From Firmicutes bacterium ADurb.Bin248 (GTDB taxonomy: Bacteria; Bacillota; Clostridia; Christensenellales; CAG-138), in contig MWBW01000001.1 in NCBI GenBank assembly GCA_002069725.1, positions 56,583-120,582 of the forward strand: DNA of 64,000 nucleotides. Reading direction: 5' to 3'. The position numbers and the translations under genes are program-made. Of the stretch, positions 45,095 to 54,770 are shown in pieces; positions within the stretch are counted from its first letter, which is position 1, and each line of letters opens with the position of its first letter. Under the pieces are notes generated by a model. The model was not told where the DNA came from. It was given only the letters and a program-made list of their open reading frames with translations, and did no database searches.

Positions 45095-46881
45095 TTCACC
45101 CCCTTGAGCTGCGTTTCAAAATCGGCGAGCGCTTCTGCGAACGCGTCCAGAGAGGAAAGCACCGCCTCGGGCTTTGTGAGGTCCACGCCCGCGATCTTGA
45201 GTTCCTCGAGCGGATAGTCGCTGCCGCCCGTCGAGAGGAAGCGGAGGTAATCCGCCGCGTCCCCGGTCTTTAATATGCGCGTCGCGATGGCGACCGCGCT
45301 GCAAAAGCCCGTCGCGTACTGGTAAACGTAGAACGCGCGGTAGAAGTGCGGTATGCGCGCCCACTCGACCGCCTGGCAGTCGTCCACGACCGCGCCCTCG
45401 TAATAGAGCTCGTTGAGCGAGCGGTACAGCGCGTTGAGGCTCTCGGCCGTGAGCGGCTCGCCCGCCTCGTGCATCTCGTGCGCCTTGCGCTCGAACTCGG
45501 CGAACAGCGTCTGGCGGAACACGGTCGTGCGGAAGCCCTCGAGGAAGTGGTTCAACACGTACGCGCGCCGCGCGGGATTGGTTTCCGTCGCGAGCAGGTA
45601 TTTGCACAACAGCACCTCGTTGACGGTCGAGGCCACCTCCGCGACGAGTATGTGGTAATCGTGGTTGACGTAATCCTGCGCCGCGTTGGATTTGTAGGAG
45701 TGCATGGCGTGGCCGAGCTCGTGCGCCATGGTGAAGGCGTCGTCGAGCTTGCCCGCGTAGTTCAGGAGGATGTACGGGTGCGAGCCGTACACGCCGCAGG
45801 AGAACGCGCCCGTGGTCTTGCCGCGGTTTTCGTAGGCGTCCATCCAGCGGTTGGCGTACGCTTCGTCGAGAAGCTTTCCGTATTCCTCGCCCAGCGGCGC
45901 GAGCGCCTTTTTAACGAGCGTTTTGCTCGCCTCATAGTCGATGTGGAAATCCACCTCGGGCAGCAGCGGGCAGTAGAGGTCGTACATGTGCAGCTCGTCG
46001 AGCCCGAGCGCCTGCTTTCGCACGGCGAGGTATTTTTTCATCGTCGAGAGGCGGGCGTGTATGGCCTCCGTGAGGCTGTCGAGCACGCTTACGGGCACGT
46101 TACTGCGGAACAGCGCGGCCTCGCAGGCGTTTTTGTAGCCGCGCGTCGAGGCGTCGTAGCAGTCGAGCTTGACGGAACCCGAATAGAGCGCGGCGATGGT
46201 GTTGATGAACTTGTTGTATTCGCCGAAGTATGTTTCGAACGCTTCCTTCCTCACGCGGCGGTCCGCGCTCTCGCGGTATACGCCGAAGCGCGCGTGCGTA
46301 AGCGGCGCCTTCTCCCCGTTTTCATCCGTGATGTCGGGGAAGGTCATGTCCACGCTCGAGAGCATCGTGAAGGCGTTGTGCGGCGTCTGCGCGGCGTCCC
46401 CGAGGCGGGCGAGCATCTCCTCGCGCGCGGCGTCGAGCGTGTGGGCGCGGGCGCGGCAGATGTCCTCGACCATGTGGCGGTAGGTCGCAAGGCCCGGGGA
46501 CTGCATGTATTGCGCGAGCGTGTCCGCGGGGATGGCGAGCAGTTCCGGCGTCAGGAACGATTCCGCGGCGCGCGCGGATACGGACAGGCGCGTCGCCCGG
46601 GCTTCCATCTTCTGGTACTCGGGGTCGGAATTGTCCGCGCTCTTGTGCAGCATGGCGTAGACGTAGACGAGCTCGAGCTTCTGCTCCATGGCCATGACGG
46701 CGTCGAGCGCCGCCTGGAGGGCTTCCGCGCTCCTGCCAAGCGTGCCCGCGCGCGCGGGGATGCCTTCGATGAGCGCCTCCGTTTCCGAAAACGCCTTTTC
46801 CCATTCCGCTTTCGACGCGTAGATGTGGGCGAAGTCCCACAGGTAGCGCGGGTCCATATCCTTTCTGTGTTTAAGCTCCAT
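45091..46881 (-). CDS. pepF: Oligoendopeptidase F (M3B)
   Basis: HELGH zinc motif. Starts MELKHRKDMDPRYLWDF with RBS GGAGGAGA. Confidence 0.9.
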   Translation of the reverse strand: MELKHRKDMDPRYLWDFAHIYASKAEWEKAFSETEALIEGIPARAGTLGRSAEALQAALDAVMAMEQKLELVYVYAMLHKSADNSDPEYQKMEARATRLSVSARAAESFLTPELLAIPADTLAQYMQSPGLATYRHMVEDICRARAHTLDAAREEMLARLGDAAQTPHNAFTMLSSVDMTFPDITDENGEKAPLTHARFGVYRESADRRVRKEAFETYFGEYNKFINTIAALYSGSVKLDCYDASTRGYKNACEAALFRSNVPVSVLDSLTEAIHARLSTMKKYLAVRKQALGLDELHMYDLYCPLLPEVDFHIDYEASKTLVKKALAPLGEEYGKLLDEAYANRWMDAYENRGKTTGAFSCGVYGSHPYILLNYAGKLDDAFTMAHELGHAMHSYKSNAAQDYVNHDYHILVAEVASTVNEVLLCKYLLATETNPARRAYVLNHFLEGFRTTVFRQTLFAEFERKAHEMHEAGEPLTAESLNALYRSLNELYYEGAVVDDCQAVEWARIPHFYRAFYVYQYATGFCSAVAIATRILKTGDAADYLRFLSTGGSDYPLEELKIAGVDLTKPEAVLSSLDAFAEALADFETQLKGVK

Positions 46882-48031
46882 ATTCTCCTCCGTTGTTCTC
46901 ATTGCCGGGCGCGCCGTCCTGCCCAACGCGCCGCGCGTCGTTCTGGTTCGTTTGCGCCGCCTCGTCGTAGTGCGCCTGCCCGGCCGGGTATGCTTCCGGC
47001 CCGCTTCGGGCTTCGGGCTTCTCCATGCGAAGCCACGCGTCTCCCTCGAGCCGTACGCGCGCGTCGTAGTAGAGCACGGTGTCGAGCGCGGGGACATAGA
47101 GCGTGCACACGATTGTCGCGCACGTTGCCGCGAGCGCGAGCACGGCCGAAATGACAATGCCCGCCGTGACGCTCGCCGCGCTTGCGGAATCGATGAGCAG
47201 CAGTATGCCGGGCAGCATCAGCGCGCCGAGCGCCAGCTCGCCGCACAGGACGATCAGCAGGAACAGCGCCTTTACACCGAGTATGCGGCCGAAGCGCTTT
47301 GAGGCGAGCTTGAGGGATCTTCCCACGGCGTCGAAGTTGAAAGCGCTCTCGTTGACCGCGACCGGATAGGTGAAGCACAGAAAGCTCTGCCCGCACAGCT
47401 GCACGCCGAACTGCAGTATCATCGTGAACAGGAAGAAGCCCGCGAGGCCCGCGCCGAAGCTCGAGATCAGGCGCAGCGGGTCCGCGAACGAACCGTTCCA
47501 CGCGCGCTCCATCAGGCCGCCCGAGAAGATGGCGGGCAGCGCCGCCGCGGTCCCGGCGAAGCTGAATATGCCGCCGAACAGGCCCGACAGGATCGACTGC
47601 GCGATGCTCACGACGATGCCGCACACGACCAGGCAAAGGTAGGTCGTAAAAAAGCGCTTGAGCGCGTATTTCGAGCGGCGGAACAGGTTGCCCAAAGACG
47701 CGCCGTGGCCGTACACGCGCGCGGACATTTCCCCGTAAACCACGCCGCTGTAAATGGGCTGGTAGAGCAGAAACACCGCGAGCATCAGGGCAAGGAACAG
47801 CAACACCGCCACGACGATGCCGATGACGAAGTCCGCGCTCTCGTAATCGCCCTTGATGAGGCTGCCCAGCACCGGCGAGACCGCGACGGCCGCGCCGAAT
47901 AAAAGTATGAGCTGCATGATGAGCGCATAGAAGAAGGCCGCGCCGAAGTTGCGGCGCAGGAGCCTCCACGCGATGCCGAACGTGCCGCGCACCGTCAGCG
48001 GCCGGATGTCGATGGGTCCCTCGAATCTCAT
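46871..48031 (-). CDS. Polytopic membrane protein, unknown function
   Basis: Six or more TM segments. RBS AAAGGAGAT precedes the ATG at 48031. Overlaps the pepF start by 11 nt. Confidence 0.6.
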   Translation of the reverse strand: MRFEGPIDIRPLTVRGTFGIAWRLLRRNFGAAFFYALIMQLILLFGAAVAVSPVLGSLIKGDYESADFVIGIVVAVLLFLALMLAVFLLYQPIYSGVVYGEMSARVYGHGASLGNLFRRSKYALKRFFTTYLCLVVCGIVVSIAQSILSGLFGGIFSFAGTAAALPAIFSGGLMERAWNGSFADPLRLISSFGAGLAGFFLFTMILQFGVQLCGQSFLCFTYPVAVNESAFNFDAVGRSLKLASKRFGRILGVKALFLLIVLCGELALGALMLPGILLLIDSASAASVTAGIVISAVLALAATCATIVCTLYVPALDTVLYYDARVRLEGDAWLRMEKPEARSGPEAYPAGQAHYDEAAQTNQNDARRVGQDGAPGNENNGGEYGA

Positions 48032-48086
48032 GCGGATCTCCTTTCGCAAAGCCGCGTCGGAGCAGCTTTTGCACGATAATGTCTTT

Positions 48087-48308
48087 GGGGATTGCCAAGG
48101 GGCCGCGCCCCTTTATTTTTATTCCGGCTTTGACGAACAAGGCGGATTGCCGCGCGGCGGCAAGAGGGGATTTCCTGGGGCACATGCGCGTCAAAACGGA
48201 TAAAAGCCGAAGGCTTTTGCACCCGTCGCGCTTTGGCGCCCGGAAACGCGCAGCGGTCCGGGCAAAGCGCGCAGCCTCAAAAAAGCGGCGGAGCCGGGTT
48301 TTTGAAAG
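48087..48308 (+). repeat. Family-B structured repeat, copy 2 (with a roughly 45-nt loop insertion)
   Basis: GGGGATTGCCAAGGGGCCGCGCCCC...TTTTATTCCGGCTTTGACG...CGTCAAAACGGATAAAAGCCG...CGCGCTTTGGCGCCCGG...CCGGGCAAAGCGCG... Confidence 0.75.
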
Positions 48309-48309
48309 A

Positions 48310-49671
48310 CTAGAGCAGTTTCTTCGTTTGCACGTATACGTCCCCGCTGCCCACGGTGACCACGAGGTCGCCCGGGCGCGCGTTTTTCTCAAGATAGCTG
48401 TTGATTTCCTCGAAGGTCGCAAGGTATACGGCCTCCGATCCTCCCGCCCGGATGCCGCGCACCATGTCGCGCGCATGGACGCTTCCGTCGTCCTTCTCGC
48501 GGCCGGGGTAGATGTCCGGCACGAGCACGGCGTCCGCGTCGGCAAAGCAGGTCACGTTTTCGAGGAAAAGCGTCTTGGCGCGCGTGTAGGAGTTGCACTG
48601 GAACACGCAGTAGAGCTTCCCGTGACGCATGCGCTTTGCCGCGGCGAGCGTCGCGGCGATCTCGGCGGGGTGGTGCCCGTAGTCATGGTAGATCCTCACG
48701 CCGTTCTTCTCGCCGTAGAATTCGAAGCGCCTGCGCGTGTTCTCGAACCGGGCGAGGGCGAAGGAGATCTGCTCCATCGGCGCGCCGAGCGCGAGGGCGA
48801 CCGCCGCGGCCGCCACCGCGTCTATGAGCGCGTGCCCTCCCGGCACCTTAAGCTTTATGCTGCCCAGTTTTTCCCCGCGGAACACGAGCTCGAACGAGGC
48901 GCAGCCGAACTCGTCGAACGCGACGTTTTCGGGGGTGTAATCCGCGTCCCTCATGCCGTAGGAAAGCTTGTTCCCCGCGTGCGCCGCGAGCAGCGCACGC
49001 ACGCGCGGGTCGTCCGCGCAGCCGAGGAAAAGCCCGTCCCCGGGCAAAAGCGCGACGAATCTTCGGAACGCGTCAACGATGTGCTCCATATCCCCGTAGT
49101 AGTCGAGGTGGTCGTTGTCGATGTTGTTGACGAGCGCGACGGTGGGCCGGAGCGTCAAAAAGCTTTCGACGTACTCGCACGCCTCGGTGATGAACAGCTC
49201 GTGCGAGCCCAGGCGCACGCCGCCCTTGAGGAAATCCACGAAGCCGCCGACGTGCACCGTCGCGTCGAGCGCGCCGGTTTCGCAGATCAGCGCGAGCATC
49301 GAGGTGACGGTGGTCTTGCCGTGGCAGCCCGCGATGCCCGCGACCTGCCCGTAGCCCTCCGTGAGCTGCCCGAGCGCCGCGCTGCGCTCGATTTCGGGTA
49401 TGCCCCGCGCCCGCGCCGCCGCGCGTTCGATGTTATCCGCCCTGACCGCCGCGGAGTAGATCACGAGATCCGCGTCGCCGAGGTTCCCCGCGTCGTGGCC
49501 GATGAAAACGGGTATTTTAAGCTCGGCCAGCCTCTGCGTGAACGGGGAAACATTCTGGTCCGAGCCCTGCACCGCGTATCCGCGCGCGTTAAGTATCTGC
49601 GCGAGGCCGCTCATCGAGCAGCCGCCGATGCCGATCAAATGGATGCGTTTGTGTTCGCTGATGTGCGCCAT
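48310..49671 (-). CDS. murC: UDP-N-acetylmuramate--L-alanine ligase
   Basis: GIGGCSMSGLA and GCHGKTT motifs; 453 aa. Confidence 0.95.
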   Translation of the reverse strand: MAHISEHKRIHLIGIGGCSMSGLAQILNARGYAVQGSDQNVSPFTQRLAELKIPVFIGHDAGNLGDADLVIYSAAVRADNIERAAARARGIPEIERSAALGQLTEGYGQVAGIAGCHGKTTVTSMLALICETGALDATVHVGGFVDFLKGGVRLGSHELFITEACEYVESFLTLRPTVALVNNIDNDHLDYYGDMEHIVDAFRRFVALLPGDGLFLGCADDPRVRALLAAHAGNKLSYGMRDADYTPENVAFDEFGCASFELVFRGEKLGSIKLKVPGGHALIDAVAAAAVALALGAPMEQISFALARFENTRRRFEFYGEKNGVRIYHDYGHHPAEIAATLAAAKRMRHGKLYCVFQCNSYTRAKTLFLENVTCFADADAVLVPDIYPGREKDDGSVHARDMVRGIRAGGSEAVYLATFEEINSYLEKNARPGDLVVTVGSGDVYVQTKKLL

Positions 49672-49703
49672 GTCAGACTCCCATATTGGTTTTCAAATAC
49701 TGA

Positions 49704-50531
49704 TTATACCACATGATAGACGCCCGCGCACGCGCGCGCGAAGGGCAGATCCCGAAACGCCTCCAAAGCGCGCCGCGCCGCTTCTTCCCGCTCGAATATG
49801 CCGAACACCGCGCTGCCGCTGCCCGTCATGGAAGCGGCAAGGGCGCCGGAGCGCCGCATGCGCGAAAGAAGCTCCGCGATCTCGGGCGCGAGCGAGCCGG
49901 CGGCGTCCGTCAGCGCGTTGCCGACGTGCGGGAGCAGCCCCGCGAAATCGCCCTTGCGGATGGCGGCGAGCGCGCCGTCCGTCGTGCCCGCGGGATAGGG
50001 CGGGCGGAGCCGCGCGAACACCTCCCGCGTCGAAGCGCCCCGCCCGGGCTTGACGACGAGCAGGTTCATGCGCATCGGCGTCAGGGGCGTTACGATCTCG
50101 CCCCGTCCCTCGCACAGCGCGAGGCCGCCCCGCATCAAAAACGGCACGTCGGAGCCGACGGACGAGGCGAGGCAAACCAGCTCCTCCTCTGTCAGCGCGC
50201 CGTAGCGGGCCTGCAGCGCGCTAAGCACCGCCGCCGCGTCCGCGGAGGAGCCGCCCAGGCCCGCCTCGGGCGGTATGTTCCGGCGGATGAACGCGCGCAG
50301 GCCCTTGCCGCCGCAGCGCGCGAGGTAGCCCTTTGCCGCGCGGTACGCGGCGCTGTCGTCCGGGAGCGGAGGGTCCGCCTCTATTCTTATGCCGGGCGCG
50401 TCGAAGCTAAGCGCGAGTTCGTCGGCAAGGTCGATGGCGAGCATGATTGTGCGAAGGCTGTGGTAGCCGTCCGCCGTTTTGCCCAGAACGTCGAGCGTGA
50501 GGTTGATCTTCCCGTAAGCCGCTGCATCCAT
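49704..50531 (-). CDS. ispE: 4-diphosphocytidyl-2-C-methyl-D-erythritol kinase
   Basis: Starts MDAAAYGKINLTLDV. GHMP kinase motif PPEAGLGGSSADAA. Confidence 0.9.
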   Translation of the reverse strand: MDAAAYGKINLTLDVLGKTADGYHSLRTIMLAIDLADELALSFDAPGIRIEADPPLPDDSAAYRAAKGYLARCGGKGLRAFIRRNIPPEAGLGGSSADAAAVLSALQARYGALTEEELVCLASSVGSDVPFLMRGGLALCEGRGEIVTPLTPMRMNLLVVKPGRGASTREVFARLRPPYPAGTTDGALAAIRKGDFAGLLPHVGNALTDAAGSLAPEIAELLSRMRRSGALAASMTGSGSAVFGIFEREEAARRALEAFRDLPFARACAGVYHVV

Positions 50532-50623
50532 ACCTGCATTATATACAAGCCCGGCATAAAAATCACGCTTCCTGTCAATGCTAACCAAAGGATTTATGGG
50601 AATCACGGGAACGGAGGGGTTCT

Positions 50624-51214
50624 ATGCTGACGAAACGCCTGCTTGCCGCCGCCGTCGCGGCGGCGCTCTGCCTGCTGACGGTTAAGCCCTGCGATGAAAA
50701 CATACTCAGATTGCACGTGATCGCCAACAGCGACGGCGCCGCCGACCAGGCGGCCAAGCTCGCGGTCCGCGACGCGATACTCGCTTACGAAGCCGATATG
50801 GCGTCCTGTTCAAACAGCGGCCAGGCCAGGGCCGCGCTCATGGAGGACGGGGGAGAACTGCTCGATATAATTGAAGATACGCTGCGCGCGCAAGGCATGG
50901 ACTACGGCGCGCAGCTCATGATCGGCGTCTACGATTTTCCCGACAGGACCTACGGGGACGCGTTTTACCCCGCGGGAAAATACGAGGCGCTGCGCGTCGT
51001 GCTCGGCGCGGGCGAGGGGCATAACTGGTGGTGCGTGATGTTTCCGCCGCTGTGCATATTGGAGCTTCCCGGCGGGAAAATTGACTATGAGGAGTTGGAC
51101 GCCGACTTCGAGCTGGACGGACTCAAGCTCAACAGCCTGCTCCTGAAGCTCCTCAAAAGCATTGACGGAGGGAAGCTATGGCAAAGGATACGGGACATGC
51201 AAAATTCGCCGTAA
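50624..51214 (+). CDS. spoIIR: Stage II sporulation protein R
   Basis: ILRLHVIANSD...WWCVMFPPLC signature. Confidence 0.9.
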   Translation: MLTKRLLAAAVAAALCLLTVKPCDENILRLHVIANSDGAADQAAKLAVRDAILAYEADMASCSNSGQARAALMEDGGELLDIIEDTLRAQGMDYGAQLMIGVYDFPDRTYGDAFYPAGKYEALRVVLGAGEGHNWWCVMFPPLCILELPGGKIDYEELDADFELDGLKLNSLLLKLLKSIDGGKLWQRIRDMQNSP

Positions 51215-51870
51215 CGCTCGCTTTGGCGCTCGCGCTGTGCGTGCTGCTGCAGAGCGCGGCGTACGCGGCCTCGGTGCTCAAGGTCGGTTCGTCCGGGGAC
51301 GAGGTGGTGACGCTGCAGACCAAGCTCAAGCGCTGGGGCTACTACACGGGCAGCATAGACGGCAAATTCGGCACGCAGACAAAGAAGGCCGTCGTCTATT
51401 TTCAACAGAAGAACGGCCTCGTGGCGGACGGCGTCGTCGGCCCCGCGACGGCCAAGGCCATGGGCATGGCGCTTTCGACCTCGAGCTCCGGCTCGAGCGG
51501 CGCGTCGAACTCAAACAGCGATCTCTACCTGCTCGCGCGGTGCGTCTACGGCGAGGCGCGCGGCGAACCCTACAAGGGGCAGGTCGCCGTGGCGGCGGTG
51601 ATCTTAAACCGCGTCAAGAGCGGCGAATTTCCGGATTCGATCAGCGGCGTGATCTACCAGAGCGGCGCGTTCGACGCCGTGAAGGACGGGCAAGTCAATC
51701 TAACGCCGGATGAAACCTCAATCAAGGCCGCGACCGACGCCATGAACGGCTGGGACCCGACCAACGGCTGCCTGTTCTATTACAACCCGGCCACGAGCAC
51801 GAACAAGTGGATGCTATCGCTTCCCGTCACGCTCTCCATCGGCCGGCACAACTTCTGCCTGGGGAATTGA
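51178..51870 (+). CDS. sleB: Spore cortex-lytic enzyme SleB-like (PG-binding + hydrolase domain)
   Basis: Signal peptide, PG_binding_1 repeat (GSSGDEVVTLQTKLKRWGYY), and SleB domain (ARCVYGEARGEPY...VILNRV). Confidence 0.85.
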   Translation: MAKDTGHAKFAVTLALALALCVLLQSAAYAASVLKVGSSGDEVVTLQTKLKRWGYYTGSIDGKFGTQTKKAVVYFQQKNGLVADGVVGPATAKAMGMALSTSSSGSSGASNSNSDLYLLARCVYGEARGEPYKGQVAVAAVILNRVKSGEFPDSISGVIYQSGAFDAVKDGQVNLTPDETSIKAATDAMNGWDPTNGCLFYYNPATSTNKWMLSLPVTLSIGRHNFCLGN

Positions 51871-51873
51871 ATT

Positions 51874-53220
51874 ATGAAATACGAAAAAGCTGAAAAAGCC
51901 GGTCACATCATCACCAGGGTGATCGTTCCGCTGGCCCTCGTGGTCGCGGTCGTGTCGCTCGCGTTCTGGGGCACGCAGCAGCGCGCGCTCGCGGACGAAT
52001 ACAAAAACACGGCCACCAACATGTACAAACGCGCGTTCAACGAGCTCTGCACGGATATGAACGATCTGCAGACGGCGCTGGGCAAGCTGCGCGTCGTGAC
52101 GAGCCCGACGCAGAACGTGCTGCTCCTGGACGACATCTGGCGGATATCGGGCTCGTGCGTGAGCATGTTGAGCCAGATCCCCTCGAGCCACCTGGACGTC
52201 GGCGAACTGAACCTGTTCATCACGCGCGTGGGCGACTACGCGCATGCTCTCACCAAGAAGGCGCTCGCCGGGGAAACGGCCTCCGACGAGGACAGGGATC
52301 AGCTCGACCAGCTCTACGCGCGCTGCGGGGAGATCGCCAAAGACCTCAACGACCGCCTCTCGGTCGGAGACGTGCCCGTCGCCGCGATCACGAGCGACGA
52401 GTTCCTCACCGCCGTGGACGACACCTACGCGAGCACGGAGGACGAATCGAAGTTCCCCACGCTCATCTACGACGGCCCGTTCTCCGAGAGCACGCAGAAG
52501 CAGGAGGCGCGCGGCGTCACGGGGGACGAGGTCGACATGGACAAGGCGCGCGAGCTCGCGCTCAAGCTTGCGGACATCCCCTCGTTTGACAGCGAGGGCG
52601 ACTCGAACGGCAAGATCCCCGCCTACGACTTCCACGGGACCTACGAAGACGGCCGCGAAGTGGATATTTCCATCACAAAGACCGGCGGGCTGCTGATTTG
52701 GCTCATGTCCTCGGCGACGGGCACGGCCTCCGGCATACCCGACGACGCGACCGTCGAGGAGCTTAAGAAGGCGGCGCTCGACTGGCTCTCCGCGCAGGGC
52801 TACGAGAGCATGAAGGCGACCTACGCGCAGTATTACGCGGGTACGGCGCTGATCAACTTCGCCTATGTCGAGAACGACGCCATCGTCTACAACGACCTGA
52901 TCAAGGTATGGGTCGACCGGGAGACGCGCGGCATCGTGGGCGCGGACGCGCGCAACTACCTCTTCAGCCATGTCGAGCGGGACATACCCGCCCCGACGCT
53001 CTCCAAGGAAGAGGCCGAGGCAAAGGTCTCCGTCAACCTCGACATCGAGAGCAGCGAGCTCGCGCTCATCCCCGTGACGCCCACGAAAGAGAGGCTGTGC
53101 TACGAGTTCAAGGGCAAGTGCGACGGGGATGAGTACATCGTCTATATCGACGCCGAAACCGGAGAGGAACAGCAGATATTCGTGATCATCAACACCGAAA
53201 ACGGGCAGCTCACGCTGTAA
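51874..53220 (+). CDS. ypeB: Germination protein YpeB
   Basis: N-terminal TM helix, 448 aa, C-terminal PepSY-like repeats, immediately after sleB. Confidence 0.8.
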   Translation: MKYEKAEKAGHIITRVIVPLALVVAVVSLAFWGTQQRALADEYKNTATNMYKRAFNELCTDMNDLQTALGKLRVVTSPTQNVLLLDDIWRISGSCVSMLSQIPSSHLDVGELNLFITRVGDYAHALTKKALAGETASDEDRDQLDQLYARCGEIAKDLNDRLSVGDVPVAAITSDEFLTAVDDTYASTEDESKFPTLIYDGPFSESTQKQEARGVTGDEVDMDKARELALKLADIPSFDSEGDSNGKIPAYDFHGTYEDGREVDISITKTGGLLIWLMSSATGTASGIPDDATVEELKKAALDWLSAQGYESMKATYAQYYAGTALINFAYVENDAIVYNDLIKVWVDRETRGIVGADARNYLFSHVERDIPAPTLSKEEAEAKVSVNLDIESSELALIPVTPTKERLCYEFKGKCDGDEYIVYIDAETGEEQQIFVIINTENGQLTL

Positions 53221-53237
53221 AATCAATCGTTTCAATC

Positions 53238-53436
53238 CGGGGATCGTCAAGGGGCCGCGGCCCCTTGACTTTTGATCCGGCTTCGGCGGCATGTGCGCCG
53301 AAACGGACGAAAGCCGGAGTTTTTTGGTTCCGCCGCGCTTTGGTCCGCGGCGGAAGCGCCGCCCGGAAACGCGCGGCATTTCAGGCAAGAGCCTGCAGGC
53401 TCAAAGAAACGGCGAAACCGCCGCTTTGAAGGCGAA
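53238..53436 (+). repeat. Family-B structured repeat, copy 3
   Basis: GGGGATCGTCAAGGGGCCGCGGCCCCTTGAC...GGCTTCGGCG...CGCCGAAACGG... with compensatory changes relative to copies 1 and 2. Confidence 0.75.
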
Positions 53437-53446
53437 GCCTGAATCG

Positions 53447-53475
53447 TTGACAAGCAAAAGAGAATACTTTATGAT
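53447..53475 (+). promoter_or_regulatory. Sigma-A-type promoter
   Basis: TTGACA, 17-nt spacer, TATGAT. Confidence 0.55.
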
Positions 53476-53531
53476 TAGTTAAATCGCACAGTTGCCTCAT
53501 AACCGTGCGATTCTTTTACCCGGAGGCGCCC

Positions 53532-53960
53532 ATGGAGGATGTATACCGCCTGCTTCTGGGGCAGGACGCCCCCGAATGGCGCGAGAGGCCGCCGGCGCTC
53601 GATTTCGCGGCGCTCGCGGCGCGCGCAAGCGCGCTTTTGCCCGAGGCGGGCGAGGCGGATGTTTCAACGCCGGAGGGCTTCGCGCTCGCCCGGCTCAAGA
53701 CCCTCGCCCGCAAGCCGCGCGCCGGCATCCCCGGGGACGAGAGGGTCGGGCGCGCGCTGTGGCTCTGCATCGGCGCGATCGCCTTCCCGAACGAGCCCGC
53801 GCGCGCCCGGACGAGGCTTCGCGCGGCGGCGGAGGCATCGCTCGGGCTCACGCACGGCGTGCCCGCGCGCGAGCGCGAGGCGCTGCGCAGCCGCCTGGGC
53901 GCCGCGGCGGACGCCATGGCGCGGCTTTTATCCCTTGCGATCCGACAGAAAGGAGCTTGA
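53532..53960 (+). CDS. Hypothetical protein (142 aa)
   Basis: RBS GGAGG precedes the ATG at 53532 (MEDVYRLLLGQD...). Confidence 0.45.
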   Translation: MEDVYRLLLGQDAPEWRERPPALDFAALAARASALLPEAGEADVSTPEGFALARLKTLARKPRAGIPGDERVGRALWLCIGAIAFPNEPARARTRLRAAAEASLGLTHGVPAREREALRSRLGAAADAMARLLSLAIRQKGA

Positions 53961-53963
53961 CGC

Positions 53964-54623
53964 ATGGACATCAAATGGTATGGCCACAGCTGTTTCCTGA
54001 TCGCGGCCGAAAGCGGCCTTAAAATCCTGACCGATCCCTACGACCCCAAGGTCGGCTATCCGATGCACAGCATCGCCTGCGACGTCGTGACCGCGAGCCA
54101 CCAGCACTACGACCACAACTACTTCGCCATGTGCGAAGGGGACCCCCTGCGCATCACCGAGCCCGGCGAATACCGGGTCGGGGAGGTTTCCATCACGGGC
54201 GTACCGACCTTCCACGACGACGCGCGCGGGGAGAAGCGCGGGCGCAACATCGTGTTCGTGTTCGACATCGAGGGCATGCGCGTGGCGCACGCGGGGGACC
54301 TCGGGGAAATGCCGGACGAGGAGGCGCTCGCTGCCATCGGCCGCGTGGACGTGCTGCTCGTGCCCGTGGGCGGGTATTACACCATAGACGCGCGCGGCGC
54401 GCGCGAATTTGCCAACCGGCTCAAACCCAAGGTCGTCATCCCTATGCACTACCGCACGGCCGCGCTCGGGCGCAACTTCAAAATCAGCGACATCGATCCG
54501 TTCATCTCCACGCTGGCCAACTGCGCCATACACCGCCTGCGCCAGAGCGACTGCGTGCTGAGCAAGGAAAGCCTCGGCAACGACCGCGTCATCACGCTCG
54601 AGTACGCGGGGGAAGATGAATAA
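53964..54623 (+). CDS. MBL-fold metallo-hydrolase (UPF0173-like)
   Basis: WYGHSCF...TASHQHYDH motif; 219 aa. Confidence 0.85.
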   Translation: MDIKWYGHSCFLIAAESGLKILTDPYDPKVGYPMHSIACDVVTASHQHYDHNYFAMCEGDPLRITEPGEYRVGEVSITGVPTFHDDARGEKRGRNIVFVFDIEGMRVAHAGDLGEMPDEEALAAIGRVDVLLVPVGGYYTIDARGAREFANRLKPKVVIPMHYRTAALGRNFKISDIDPFISTLANCAIHRLRQSDCVLSKESLGNDRVITLEYAGEDE

Positions 54624-54731
54624 TCGGCAACCGTATTGCCGGTTATTCAGCTAATAACCAATGACCAATGGTGAATAACTATATGGAAAACAGGCGGCTT
54701 CCGTTTTAAGGGAACCGCCTGAATCTCATAT

Positions 54732-54764
54732 GATTATCAATTGTCAATTATCAATTATCAATTG
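54732..54764 (-). repeat. Family-A head (GATAAT-rich variant), no hairpin
   Basis: GATTATCAATTGTCAATTATCAATTATCAATTG, 6 nt from the stop of the 54771..56111 gene. Confidence 0.7.
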
Positions 54765-54770
54765 CCCCCG

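Noticed and set aside
45091-47157. 688-aa version of pepF, and the 336-aa nusG ORF (41504..42514), the 347-aa hpt ORF (37595..38638) and the 377-aa APH ORF (15922..17055).
   Set aside because: The N-terminal extensions overlap upstream genes and lack RBSs. Internal starts with good RBSs or start/stop overlaps give family-typical lengths.
54732-54764. The GATAATTGATAATTGA variant resembles iterated GATAAT hexamers of Fur-type boxes.
   Set aside because: The units are direct 7-nt repeats rather than the 7-1-7 inverted or 6-6-6 arrangement, and the variant grades into ordinary CAATTGA units at other loci.
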